A stretch of DNA of 63,352 nt, counting the filler, from Choristocarpus tenellus KU-1152 (lineage: Eukaryota > Protista > Phaeophyceae): assembly GCA_964200185.2 (NCBI GenBank). It is 13 parts of 13 records of this genome, joined end to end, with 100 filler letters (N's around TTAATTAATTAA, not from the genome) between each part and the next. Parts side by side here need not be neighbours in the genome. Positions count along the whole stretch, not along the records: positions 49,409 to 56,539 come from CAXNAD020006638.1; positions 56,640 to 60,323 come from CAXNAD020018532.1; positions 60,424 to 63,352 come from CAXNAD020023581.1; 10 more parts are not named here. One strand, 5' to 3'. Below are positions 51,528-63,352 of the stretch, one piece after another. The notes below the pieces were generated by a model. It ran no database searches. It was not told where the DNA came from and was given only the letters and a program-made list of their open reading frames with translations. A program made the position numbers and the translations under genes. How positions within the stretch are numbered: the stretch's first letter is position 1; every line of letters begins with the position of its first letter.

Positions 51528-54500
51528 TCACTCTTTTGATGGGAACAGCCACAGCCGTGCGTGCTTATCCCCTTCAGCAGTGGTTGCCAACATCTTCCCA
51601 TCTCTAGAAGGCTGGTTGATGAGAGGTATGGGAGGGGGGTGGAGGGGAGGAGGTTGGAATAGGCAAAAGGAGGCTTTCAACATTGCAGAAGGTACTGGAA
51701 TGGGATGGGGAAGGGGAGGAAAGGACTCTTACGCTTTAGTAAGTGTGACACGAGATGGTCCTTACATCAAAAGTACGATAGATCTATATTATCTGTTTTT
51801 ATGTACTGTTATGTAACAATTAACAATATTTCATTTATTTAGGCAACAGTACATTTACGGCACAAACGACTGAAGCAGCAAATAAAAAAATCAACAAAAG
51901 GCACAACCTGAGCAGAAGACCCTTCCGAACAGACCAAGCTCTACAGCTGACACATCACATACCCAACCTGGTACACAACACTCAAGACAAAACTAAAAAG
52001 GGATGCACAAAAGCACCCAAGCCTAACAACCTCTCACATGCAACAGACCATTGCCATGGCAACAAAAAACATCAATGCCCATCAATCTCTGACACATCAT
52101 TCCCCCCTGTCCCCCCTCCTCCCCAAGAAACCTCACCTCTAGGAGCAAAATAGCACTTCCCTTTGACCCATGTGCCGCTCCCACACTCTCCACCTGCTTA
52201 CCAGCACGGTCCCCAGTAATGCCAACTCTATGGAAAAAGAGGTGGCGTCCCGAGGCCAGCGCAGCCACAGTACCGTCTAGTCCCAGGGCACAGCCTGAGT
52301 ACTGGCTATTCAGTAAGTCTTTGGAAGGGTGTTGCTCCAGCTGCCGGGGGTCTTCATCTAGGTTGTATCTTACTGATGTGTCCCACATACACCTGATATG
52401 TGTGAATGTTGAGAGATGTTAACATATGAAGGTGGCAGGGGGGGCATGGTTTTGAGTAAAAATGAATGATTTGGAATCTCACATTAAAAAGTACATAAAT
52501 AAAAAGGGTCCTCTATGTTCTACTAATTCTTGTAAGAACTACTTCGAACATTGGACTAGTCATGGTCACCTACAGACTCCTTCCTGGATAGGACTCCTTC
52601 CTCAATACCTCAGAAGAGTGCCAAGGTATATATACTCAATATTACATAGCAATAGAAGGACAGCCTTAACACATTACACTTCTTATCACAGAGAAAAAAA
52701 ATACCATCTATTGCAAAGGAATACATTTATCCTTGGAAGCAATGCCAAACAATACTTAAAGCAGGGGGCAGATACATTAAATGTAAACATCCAGGGGGTG
52801 GTCGTAATGCATAAAATACAATGCAGTGGCAGTGAAATCAATAGTACGTGTGAAATTTGGCAGTTACATGGGTTTCTCCCCCAAAACGTTAGCAACGACT
52901 CCTCTCATTAAAAGAAAGATTTTTTTCAACCTATTTTTGCTTTTGTCTCGAACGTGAAAATTTTGACATCTCCCTCTATTATACCCTCAACGGAGTGCTT
53001 GAATATACACTTTGAAACAAAACAAAACCTCTTCTGACTCTCAGGGGAGATGACATCACCACAACATACGAAGTAATGATACATATCACACACACACTCA
53101 AAATTCACTTTGACAACATCAAAACACCACACACAAAAAACTTAGGCAGATCGGAGGCAACACAACAAAAATAAAAACAATACAGACCTGACACTTAAAA
53201 AAGGTTACACACTTTGAAACACACGGCACAACCTCAAGTATATTCTAGACAAACTACTAGCGAGAGATAGAAAAAAAGAAAAAAGGAGAAATTTCCTCCT
53301 CTTTAATGGTAGTGAATATATACGTGTGCATATTACCAAGAGCCATCTGCAGAAGAGGTGAGCACCCTGCTCGAGTTGTGGTTGAAAGACACCCCTTTGA
53401 CAGCTTTGGTGTGTCCGGTCAGGGCCATGGCTCGAGTCACCTGCTGGAACTCTCCTGTCTTGCTTCGGTGCAGCTCCAACACCTTTACCTGCATTAGCAA
53501 ATATTCATATGTACATACCTCATACATACATGCACATGTTGAACAACTTTACCTGCATTAGCAAATATTCATATGTACATACCTCATACATACATGCACA
53601 TGTTGAATAACTTTACCTGCATTAGCAAATATTCATACCTCATACATACACAATATATTGTGGTTGATCACACAACCAGTCATGCACATGGGGTTATGGT
53701 ATAGTTTATAGTGCGGTATGTCTGTGAAACAACAGCAAGTTGCACGATAGATTATACCTACACTGTCAGCAATAAACCAACCTCATACGGTCATGTATTG
53801 AATTTGTTGGTGAGAATCACATCCTTTAGTATCGAATGACAGCTCTTAATATATCAAATGTAGTTTATGGGGAGGATAAAAAAAGGTCTAAAAATCTTCG
53901 TACCAATAAAACATTGTAGTTCTTAGTCCTTAGTGTTCAAAAAAGGAAGAAAGGTGATTGCATAAAATATCACAATGAGTGAGAAACACACTGTAAAAAG
54001 AGCCACACTAAAGCAAAAAACTATGGAGGAACAAGAAAACATATAGCCCCCCCTCCCCCCAATAACAACACTGCATCTCAAGAGTGTAAATCTGCCAGAG
54101 TCCTGCTGTCACCAAACTGCTGCACAAGGAAGAGGCACTAACAAACAACAATATTTTGGGAGTAAAAAGGGGAGGGGAGGGTGAACAAAAGAAAAGGTTT
54201 CAAGTTTGTCTTGTGCTTGTGTGTTCTGCAAAGCATGAGTTTACCTCATTTTTTGTTTTTGCTCTTATAACACTGTCCTTGGCACACTTTGAACATGTAC
54301 TCCCTTGCTAAAAATTTGATACCAACTGAATACCACTGCACAGAAGCACAAAACAAACCTAACCTTCCCTGTACAACATAGTATCTGTACCAGTACTAGT
54401 AAAGTACCACAATTAACCCGGTACCGGTAGAGTACCTCTATGGTACCAGTACAGTACCACCACTAGTGATGTGAATCATTGCATGCAAACGACTACAAGC

Positions 54501-56457
54501 ATGATTCAACGAACTAAAGAACAAGATACTTTCTCACACGCAACACTTTGCTCTCTTTGCATTCTACTTAGTACTGCATCCAGAGTTATTGAGCCAGTTT
54601 AGTTAACCCTCAGCAAAATTTTGCTCAATTCACAACACCTAACACTACACAATCAGTGGAGCAACTACCAGTACAGTACTGTTACACCAGTAACTAGCAT
54701 TGCGTAAATGCACAACATTTAGAAAAACCTGCCAATATTAGATCAAATGGCAAATCACTAATCAGGTCAACCTATTGCCCAACAACAAAAATGTAAACAT
54801 TCTGCTTGTACTCTAAACTAGTATTCTCACTTCCTAACCTCACTAATGTTGTTAATATCCACAGCCAGTTAAAAGAATAAGGTATTCCCCTCCCCCCCCC
54901 CCCCCTGGGACCACACACCTCAGGCATGCTCGCTCCCACTGCTAAGAAGCGATTGTCTGGAGAGGCCACCATGGTGTAATTCATGATCTATTTCCCATTG
55001 TCCATTATATGAGTGTAAATTATACAGCAGCATAGTATAAACAGGAGTGAGAAAACATGTAAGTGTGTCTGAATAGTAAATAGTACTTTTCTGTGTGATA
55101 TCAAGTGACTCCTTCGCAAACGATTTTATCGTTGAGAGACTAATGCATACACCTATTTATACAAGTGGATGATAGCGCCGATAAACTCTGTGGAGACTTG
55201 AAACTAGAGTTCATAAAGCTCCCCTCCATTCACCACAAAAGAGTCAAAGCCTAAACTCACCTACAGTGGACCTACCTATCATAGAGGCACATACTATGTG
55301 CACAATGCTTTACTACTTGTTCAACAACAATAAAGTGGTCAACAGCTGATAAAAAAAAATAACCACATACTCACGAACAATACCAACTGCGCATCCAACA
55401 AACTTGACCGAAAAGGTAGAAACAGAATAAATGTAAATGTAAATAAATAAAAAAGCAGCATGTAGAAGGTCCCCTTGCCCATTAGGCCAGGAACACCGCC
55501 GTTAGTACAGGCTTGCCCTCAAGGTCTGCTCCGGAACACAATTTGTATGCCCCAAAACAACTTAATGCAGGGAGTTAAACAGAGCAAAAAGGAGGAAGAG
55601 AAGGAGGGGAAGGCTGACGTCCACACAAGACACTTCAACACATATACAACAACAACAACACCTGGTTTGTGTCCAGAACAGTCAGCAGATCCCCCTTGGG
55701 ATTGTGAAAGCGGATTCCGGTTTCCGAGGACCCACACGCACTCGTGGCCACCACCATCCACTTCCAACATAAAATCGCCACACCACGTAAGAGAACGTAA
55801 GGGGCAAAGAGCAAGGCGAGCAGGCGAAGAAGGTAATCAACGGGTATACCTCAACCATGGGGCACACACCGTAGCAGTAGTTGTTTTCCAGGATGGTAGG
55901 CAAGGGGTATGGGCATGGGCAGCTCACACCAGGTTCACGGATGCGATTTGTGTGATGGGAGTCGCTTACATAGTACTTACATTACTGCTCCAAGGTATAC
56001 CTTCCAAGGTATATTTAAAGCTAAGAATGAAACTGTCCATTCCGTGTATCTGTCGATGCAAGCACTCATCTCAACATATTTCTGAAAAGTAGCCTTAACC
56101 CTAACCCTTAATTCTTGTAGTGAGCAACCAAACATAACCCTCCTAATTTCCCACTGACGCTGACGCCGATACTGACACAGAAAAGAGAACCCACTTCCGT
56201 AGTAAACCACAGACTGGACAAAAATAGATACTTCGCAATTCCTATACACAAAAACACACGAACTAATCAAAATCCCTCCAAAAACATGCATACATATTTC
56301 TTGTCAATTAAGAAGTGGGAAATCAAACCTTGTCGACATCCAAGAGCACAATTCGGGTCACCGGCTCTACATGCCCCGAAGGAAAGCTCTTCATGAGCGA
56401 AGGCACCACTCCGCTCTCTATCTCGGCTTCGGTAGGGATACTGTAGAACAAAATTTC
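51528..56457 (-). CDS. TBL2: Transducin beta-like protein 2 (WD40), 3' exons 56457-56329, 55760-55662, 54987-54919, 53488-53337, 52392-52137, 51611-51528
   Basis: LDTNQIMNYTMVASPDNRFLAVGASMPEVKVLEL...GEFQQVTRAMALTGH...SADGSWCMWDTSVRYNLDEDP matches the TBL2 pattern; six phase-compatible exons ending in TGA. Confidence 0.9.
53483..53651. repeat. 64-bp tandem repeat (~2.6 copies) spanning a TBL2 splice acceptor
   Basis: CTTTACCTGCATTAGCAAATATTCATA at 53483, 53547 and 53611. Confidence 0.97.
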
Positions 56458-57494
56458 CTGATCAATGTAACCGGAAGACAAAGAGCATATATCAGGAAGG
56501 GTTGGGAAGAGAGTGGATGTACGTAGGTATGTGGGGGGGNNNNNNNNNNNNNNNNNNNNNNNNNNNNNNNNNNNNNNNNNNNNTTAATTAATTAANNNNN
56601 NNNNNNNNNNNNNNNNNNNNNNNNNNNNNNNNNNNNNNNCACCCCACCATGACACACTGGTGATTCTAAACACCCCCCACGACTGATTGGACCCTGCCTA
56701 ACACATATATAGTATATGCACCAACAAATTTATTTTCTCAAAAAAAAAAAGGGAAGCTTCGTTATATGAGTGAGTGTAAACATTATAATTATATTAAATA
56801 TATTTATTTAGGTCATTTTTATATATTCCGAAAGGTCACATTTCACTGCTTCTCCTTGTCTCTTTCCTCGCTTTTGTTTACTTTTTTTAGTACTACTAGA
56901 GTCCGAACAAAGCACAATGTAATGAATGGGTGAGGAACATAGCAAGCAGTGTAAGCATTATTACTCTGTATCGTACAACCTTTCTTTAATGTGACCTTGT
57001 TTTATTTTATTTTAAAAATAGTGCTTCGAAGTACTTATTTTAGGGAGGTGTCTTATCATTGATGTTTGGGGGGGGTCTTGCATATATTATTATGCCCTCT
57101 GACATTTTGTAGATGTGTTAGGGGAAAAACCAACGAAAACCAATTCAAATAATGTCAGAATAACCCCTAAAAAGTAATTTTGTAAATGTGAAAGATATTA
57201 ATCAATTTACTACTTTACTATCAGCTACGCTACACCAGTAGTACCCTCCTGTGCCTCCAAACTAGCTCAGTCCTGTACCCCAGGGTCAGGAGCTAGGGAA
57301 GCATCCCAAGAATCTAACAAGCCCCTTGGTTTTGTTATTACGCCCTCTGGCATCTTACAGATGTGTCAGGGGAAAAGCCAATCAATGAAAAGGTTTGTTT
57401 TTTCTCAGATACATCAAATCTTCAAAAATATTAATGTATGTTGTTGAACCTACAAGAAAAATATCGTCGAAAACTAAATATCTACGCACCTAAC

Positions 57495-58934
57495 ATGAGG
57501 AGGGTTGCTGCAACTGTTACGTCGAGTCTCAGGCGTCGTGGGTTAGAGAGTACCACTAACTTGTCCTGCTGCAGAACACTCTCCGAGCGCGCTGTTGGGG
57601 GAAACGCTGGTGATGTCGAGGTTGAGCATGGAGGTCAAGTCCGTCCAGGACATTTCAGGCAGAGTACTAACTACAAGCAGCACCGCAAGGACACTGCAAG
57701 CTGTTGTCCTCTTATCGGATGTCAATTGATCATCTCTTGCCTTGCTGAATTTTGCTATACGATTGGAGAGGGGGCGCTGATGAGCCCTTGCTGCGGACAA
57801 CAGCAAACAGTATGACACACCCCACCCCTCCACCTTTTCCACTTGTTACAATGAAAGGTCGCCGATTACCAAAGCTCTTTGGGAAATGAGGCAGGCGGAG
57901 CAGGTACAATGAGTACACTAATCGAAATGGGCTAGTCTCTTGGAAATGGAGATGGTTCCTGTTCTTGTTGCACTATCCAACTGATGCCGAGAATGTTCTT
58001 CCGAACGATTGTGCCATCCCCCACATCTGTGTTGTATCGCTGGGACAATGAATACATCTTATTCCTCTTACTTCCCCACCGCAATCGATTTCACTTTGGT
58101 GAGCCCCACTGTATCTATCGAGCTAGTATTATCTAGTCTGCCAGGGGTGCATCACAATGCAGGCGCGATAGAAATTTGTATATGGTCCCCATTTTCTAGC
58201 CCCAGTTGTTTGCCCTTCTGTCAATAATTGGATTGAAGTGAGATTTATGTTAGCAATTGAGCCAACAAATGCCAACAAAGAAGCACGACCGCACGACCAC
58301 AACCTCTCGTTCTATGAACAGAAGCAGCAACTGAAACAGCGGGACGTCACGGAGGGCCATCTCAAGCCAGAGCAACTTGAGCCCGTATCCCCTTCACTAA
58401 GCAGGAGCGCCATTCACTACTCCTTTTCCTCGGATGAATTTCTGAGAGAGAGCTATCGGAACCCCTGGGGTTTTGTACGGGTAAGGACAGGATCGTTTGG
58501 TAGAGATAGAGAACACCCTTCTCAATCATCACGGAGGCTGTAAATTGGAGAGGATTTATCATCTACAATAGGTAGCTCAGGGTGTGTTGATTGATGCAAC
58601 TGGACATAGCATGTTATGATGGTTGAAATCTGCACCTTGGACTTGCTCGTACCTTCGGCAATTGTTTGTTTTTGGCTTGTGACTCAGCATCAAATAGTGT
58701 GACTTAGACATTGCATTTTTTCTTTTTGTATCTACCTCCCAACTCTGCTGTGTTTGATACCCCTCCCTCCCCACCCCCCAACCATTCCAACCTTGCACCA
58801 CCTGTTGTCTCCACCCTCTTGCATTAGATTGGTCGAATTCTGGAAGACCTAGACGCCCTTGCAGGGAACATCGCGTTCAAGCACTGTTCCGAGGACCTCG
58901 CATTCCCACTCCTGGTTACTGCATCTGTGGATAG
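57495..58934 (+). CDS. ACOT9: Acyl-CoA thioesterase 9-like hotdog protein, 5' exons 57495-57658, 57858-57903, 58322-58480, 58828-58934
   Basis: Arg/Ser-rich presequence-like start, SPITKALWEMR, LRESYRNPWGFVRIGRILEDLDALAGNIAFKHC, LVTASVDR. Confidence 0.88.
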
Positions 58935-59078
58935 GTGACAGTCTTAGGGGTTGAAGGCAGCAAGGGGGGGGAGGTATGAGGGGAATAGAGAGTAGAGGGG
59001 GGTTGAGATGGGTCTAACTTCAAAAAATTGAGTTGTGTGGAAATGGGAGGTGTTGTAATTTTGTGGTTTATGTAGGTA

Positions 59079-59366
59079 TTGAGACACCACTGTACCACCA
59101 GGGCTGACAGTGACGGGACCAGCACTCTCTCCCTTAGTGGTCATCTCAATCTTTGCGTTTCCCTCTGAGACCATTACATGTATCCCCCCTCTCACTCAAT
59201 CATTATCTTCCTCCTCCCGCTGTAGGGAGTCGGGGATGCAATCGAGACAGGATTTGATCCCACATCCTCCGGATTTGAGTTTTTGTCGAGTATTGACTTT
59301 CCGCTTCACCGCCAGAGGGCAGCAAGCCACACAACTCGCTGCCCTAGTGGTGCAGTGGCATCTCAA
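59079..59366. mobile_element. Small TA-flanked MITE in an ACOT9 intron
   Basis: TA|TTGAGACACCACTGTACCACCAGGGC...GCCCTAGTGGTGCAGTGGCATCTCAA|TA (26-bp imperfect TIR). Confidence 0.7.
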
Positions 59367-60517
59367 TATTTGACAGTAGATAACTTTATTTTTCCAGGGG
59401 ATGGACTACCAGATCAGGGGGACGCTGAGAGGGGGGGAGGGGAGGAAAATATGTGTGCTCGCCTTAAAGTGGTGGAAGTATGCCGTGCAAAAGCACAAAT
59501 ATGTGGAGGCGTTAACACGTATGGATTCACTGCGGGGGGGACATTCGTGTACCACACAGCATTTACCAACGTCTCTTTCTGAATGTTTTCTGAATGTTGT
59601 TTGGGGTGGCGGGTGCAACTCCCGGCGGGTGTGGTGGTGGGACACGGACTGAGTTGTCTTTCTCCCTAGTGGACTGAGTAGTTCCTTACGATATTGTCAT
59701 GAGGGGCGAATGTCACGTTTGCAGGCAAGAACGAGCGAGAACCCAAGTTTTGGATCTTTTTTTTTCTTCTTCTTTTTTCGCGGGATGGGAGCTGTTTCTT
59801 TGATGGGGACTTGCAAAATCGGATACGTAAAAAGCAGAGAGACCGTTGTTGCGTGTGACGAGGTAGGTGTGCCTAAGGTTACAGAAGAAGAGCGTAAGGC
59901 GGTGTCGACCTGATACGGAACAAACACGCACGCTGCTGTTCTGCAATGTAATTCTTTTTTTCTTTTTTTTTGTCGTGTTTGGGAAGGGATGGCAGAGAGA
60001 GGGCACCGGGGCAGCAGCAGCACCACACTGTAGTTTTGAGTCTCTGTAAGCTGTGGAGGAAGTAGAGACGGGCGCTGATAAAAGGCGAGCCGTAGGAGTA
60101 GAGATGGATCATCCATGTTGACTATCCGGCACATTACATTCCAGGCTGGGTACGTGTGCTGATCACCTGCCTCCCATCTCTCCCTTCTGGCCCTGTCCCT
60201 TTTGCTGGCGTCCTTCTCCCTACCTATTTTTTTTATTTGTTGTTCGCGATGCATCATTCCCCCCCCCCCACACACACACACCCGTTTGCCCCGGCCCATG
60301 TGCGTGTATTTTGTTGGGGGAAANNNNNNNNNNNNNNNNNNNNNNNNNNNNNNNNNNNNNNNNNNNNTTAATTAATTAANNNNNNNNNNNNNNNNNNNNN
60401 NNNNNNNNNNNNNNNNNNNNNNNGACTGTCGGGATGGGTGGCGCGTCCGGCTTTCCGCCCTCCCTCCCCCTCCCCCCCCCCCCCCCCCCCCCCCCCCGCC
60501 CCCGGATACTTTGACCC

Positions 60518-62021
60518 CCATCAATCACAATTTTGTCGGCCACAGAAAAAGCCTCCATTTCTACCTTCACCATGTTTTCTAGCTCACCAGACAACTAACT
60601 GCCTCTTCCTTATGCCTGTGTGCTCGACACTGAAGTCATCCACCCTTTTGTATCTAAGTACTTGATTGTACACCACAAAAAGGAGCTACCAAGCCCTCTC
60701 AAGTGTGGTTTCGTCATACTACTCATACTGCTTCTTAATGACCTTTCACCATCTCCTCAACGGACCCAAACCACTCCCCCATCACCCAGCATTTCAAAGA
60801 CCCAACGAAGCACAGGCCCATGATATTGAGGTCAGGGGAGTTAAATGACCGCATCACAAGCCTAGTCTACCACCCCTCAGTCTTCCCTGCCCCTGACAAG
60901 ATTTCTTAGATGCCCTTACCCGTGTGGGGGGTGGCACTGTCTTGCTGAACAACAACGTGCTTCCCCTGCAACCAAGGCATCTTGGTCTTGATTGCAGGTG
61001 GTAACTCCTCTGTGTATCACTTCCTGTACCACAAATGGTCTAAAGTACAGTCCTGCTTATACACATCCTCCTTTTTATGGTTCTTGCTTGTCCTGTCTGC
61101 CGTTTTTGGTGCACACACACCAAGCTTTCCATCAAAGCTGTGAGCTGAATCTGGGCAGGCGTGCAATTACCATGGTTTTGGGGATTCGACTCTTGTGCTG
61201 CACAGTAGGGGACCTTTGAAGGTCGCTATCATCCTCATGCAGAAACACCCTAGCCCTTTCCCCATCAGCCATCGTGTAAAACCAAGTTTCAGCCACCTAA
61301 ACATGTTCATCATGGAGGTGTACACACTATGTTTCTGGTCCACTTGATCGCAAAAATGTTCATTCTCCATACCCTTACTATGATTTAAGCTTGGGTTTGA
61401 TCCAGCGGCGATTCAGCATAGCCCCCATATCATCCAACCACCCATTATGGTGCTCGTGCTATAATTCGTCCCCTTGGCGGCCATCCTCATTGTCACCTGA
61501 TGCACTGTGGATGACCGATTATTGGAGTTGATACTATGTATTGCGGCCATCTCGGTTGATGTGAGCTCCAAAGGCCGCCCACTACGTACCGCCATCCCTA
61601 GGTCAAGCGTATGGCCATGGGCGAGCTAATCGGTAACGTCCTCGCAGAGCCCTCACATGTAACACTCGGAAACTCCAAACTTTGCTGTTAGGGTCAGCCC
61701 AATGTGTTTTGGCAGTCTATGCTCACCAGGGACCATCATGAGGGCATGCCGCACTGCAAGCGCAACCCTGGTATTCAGGGTGACTTGGGCACCCTTCCTA
61801 AGTGGGGGGGTCGACCGTTGACGGGGGGGTCACCCCAAAAGACCCCTACTTTGATGGCTTGAAGCACCACGAGTTTGTACCTGATGATCCTCGACCCCCA
61901 CCTTTCTGAAAGCTGAGGTTGTCAACCTGATTTCATTCTGTGGGGTAATCGTCCGATTTGGCGCCGTTCTTGCTTGGCGAGCCCAGATGTTTCATGACAC
62001 AAACTTATGGCACACAGGTAA
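60518..62021 (-). mobile_element. Second, decayed copy of the plant-mariner-like element, interrupted on the left by a family B terminus (to 60517)
   Basis: Colinear with ~27815-29327; ends GGCACACAGGTAA|TA; multiple stops. Confidence 0.9.
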
Positions 62022-62479
62022 TACATTGTTGTCCCCCTTTTAACATTTTGCTAATTGTCTCAACTCTATCATCCTATCATTGATGGTCATTGCTTCTGTT
62101 GAAGAAAACATTTATGTACACAAGTACAGTTTGTGGATGCATTCACATACAGGACATGAGAAGTATGCCTTGCACTTTGCTTGTCTTGTTATTCAGTTGA
62201 GTATAGAGGCCACTGCACTGACACTGATGTGCACACTACTCCTGAAAAATACATGCAAATCAATGGAAACATATTCTTGTGGCATCATCATCGTCATCCA
62301 GGGACTATCGACAATGCTATACCGTGTCACAGTTCCTGTGCTGGTGCAGTGTCGTCTTGGCTGAGACAAGAACTTCCTGAGGAGAATTTGGAGTTAGGAC
62401 GGATAATCATGGGGACAAATTCTAGGACAATTGTAGAGGTCCAAGTTTTGACAGGGTCGAATACACCAGTCATTTCTTC

Positions 62480-63328
62480 TACTGTGTAGAAGCATACCTA
62501 GGATGCAGGGTTGTGCTGATGCGCCGTATCTATGATCCACGGATCCAATGCTGGGTTGGGCTGCTCAGACTAGGACTGGATCCAGAGGGACGGTGCAGCA
62601 AAATGCCCAATCATTGTCTGGGGTGGACACCGAGCTGGCGGGTGTTGCTGCATCTAGCGGTTCTGGGAGGATTGAGACACAAATGAACAGGCCAAGGTTG
62701 AGAAAGCTTGGTTGCTGCTGGCGCACATACTTCTGAACTGTTTAGAACTTATCCCTAACAAGTAGATCTCACACAGTGGTGCATGGAGGGTCTGAGGGAC
62801 GAGTGCATTCCAAAAATAAGACAAGAGAAGAAAAAGATCTGATGTCAGCATGGACAGGCTTTTGCTTTGGGAAGGGGACAATCCAGTAAAAGTCTTGACC
62901 AACAATCAGACCTTGACTATTCGGGTGGCTTTCCTTGACTCCAAGATCTCGTTCTCAAAGCCCATTGCCAAAACCATGAGGAAAGTACCAGAAAGTTATT
63001 CTTCAGAATCAGTGGTGTCGAGTGCAATGGCCGGGAGAGGACTCTGCAGGAGGTGGGGAACACAAGGTCAAGTAGAGGTACAATTGAGCCAGGGAGTGGC
63101 AACGGATCAAGCAAGGTCAGGTCGCAGTTGGAGGAATATTGAACAGGAGAAGCCAAGGGTTGTGTGTGGTAAGGTCAGTCACTCGAAAAGAAATGTCCTA
63201 CAACAAGAAGGTTGTTTATATATAGTAGCTCAAGACAATAGAGCCGTACTTTTAATTGTTTGGCAGGCATGAAGATTAGGGAATGCTTCTGGCTTTTGAT
63301 GCAAAAGACATACGGTTTTAGGCATGAA
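62480..63328 (-). mobile_element. Possible Ty1/copia gag-protease remnant
   Basis: PWIIDT at ~62542-62525 reads WIIDTGAS with one frameshift (copia protease motif WxxDSGAS); the upstream region is degenerate coding-like sequence. Confidence 0.4.
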
Positions 63329-63352
63329 GAGCCCAAAGTATCTTGGGGGGGG
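63329..63352. mobile_element. MITE family B terminus at the window end
   Basis: GAGCCCAAAGTATCTT-polyG. Confidence 0.7.

Noticed and set aside
59700-60155. Further ACOT9 exons (GSSMLTIR-like text)
   Set aside because: Could not build a phase-compatible, stop-free join to the exon ending at 58934.

Overview
Eukaryotic, intron-rich genomic DNA, most likely a stramenopile alga (brown alga or close relative; inference from gene content and TE types). It is assembled as 13 short contigs joined by artificial 100-bp spacers (N44-TTAATTAATTAA-N44), so adjacency across spacers is unreliable. Host genes reconstructed exon by exon: a secreted thioredoxin/PDI-like gene head-to-head with a complete RPP14 gene, a SulP transporter (5' part), an ankyrin-repeat gene, a possible PDZ gene, a CRAL-TRIO gene head-to-head with an unrecognised 5-exon gene, TBL2 (3' part) and an ACOT9-like thioesterase (5' part). 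The main accessory system is Sola2-like: a decayed, apparently intron-containing transposase gene (~4.4-9.5 kb) plus about 19 copies or ends of two MITE families that share the terminal core CAAAGTATCT and show both 4-bp and 3-bp target-site duplications. Also present: two plant-mariner-like relics, Gypsy and Copia remnants, a decayed USP peptidase, a ~270-bp tandem repeat whose hairpin is conserved in structure but not in sequence, a triplicated AG|GT splice junction in TBL2, and several GC-AG introns. All calls come from reading the sequence; no searches were run.
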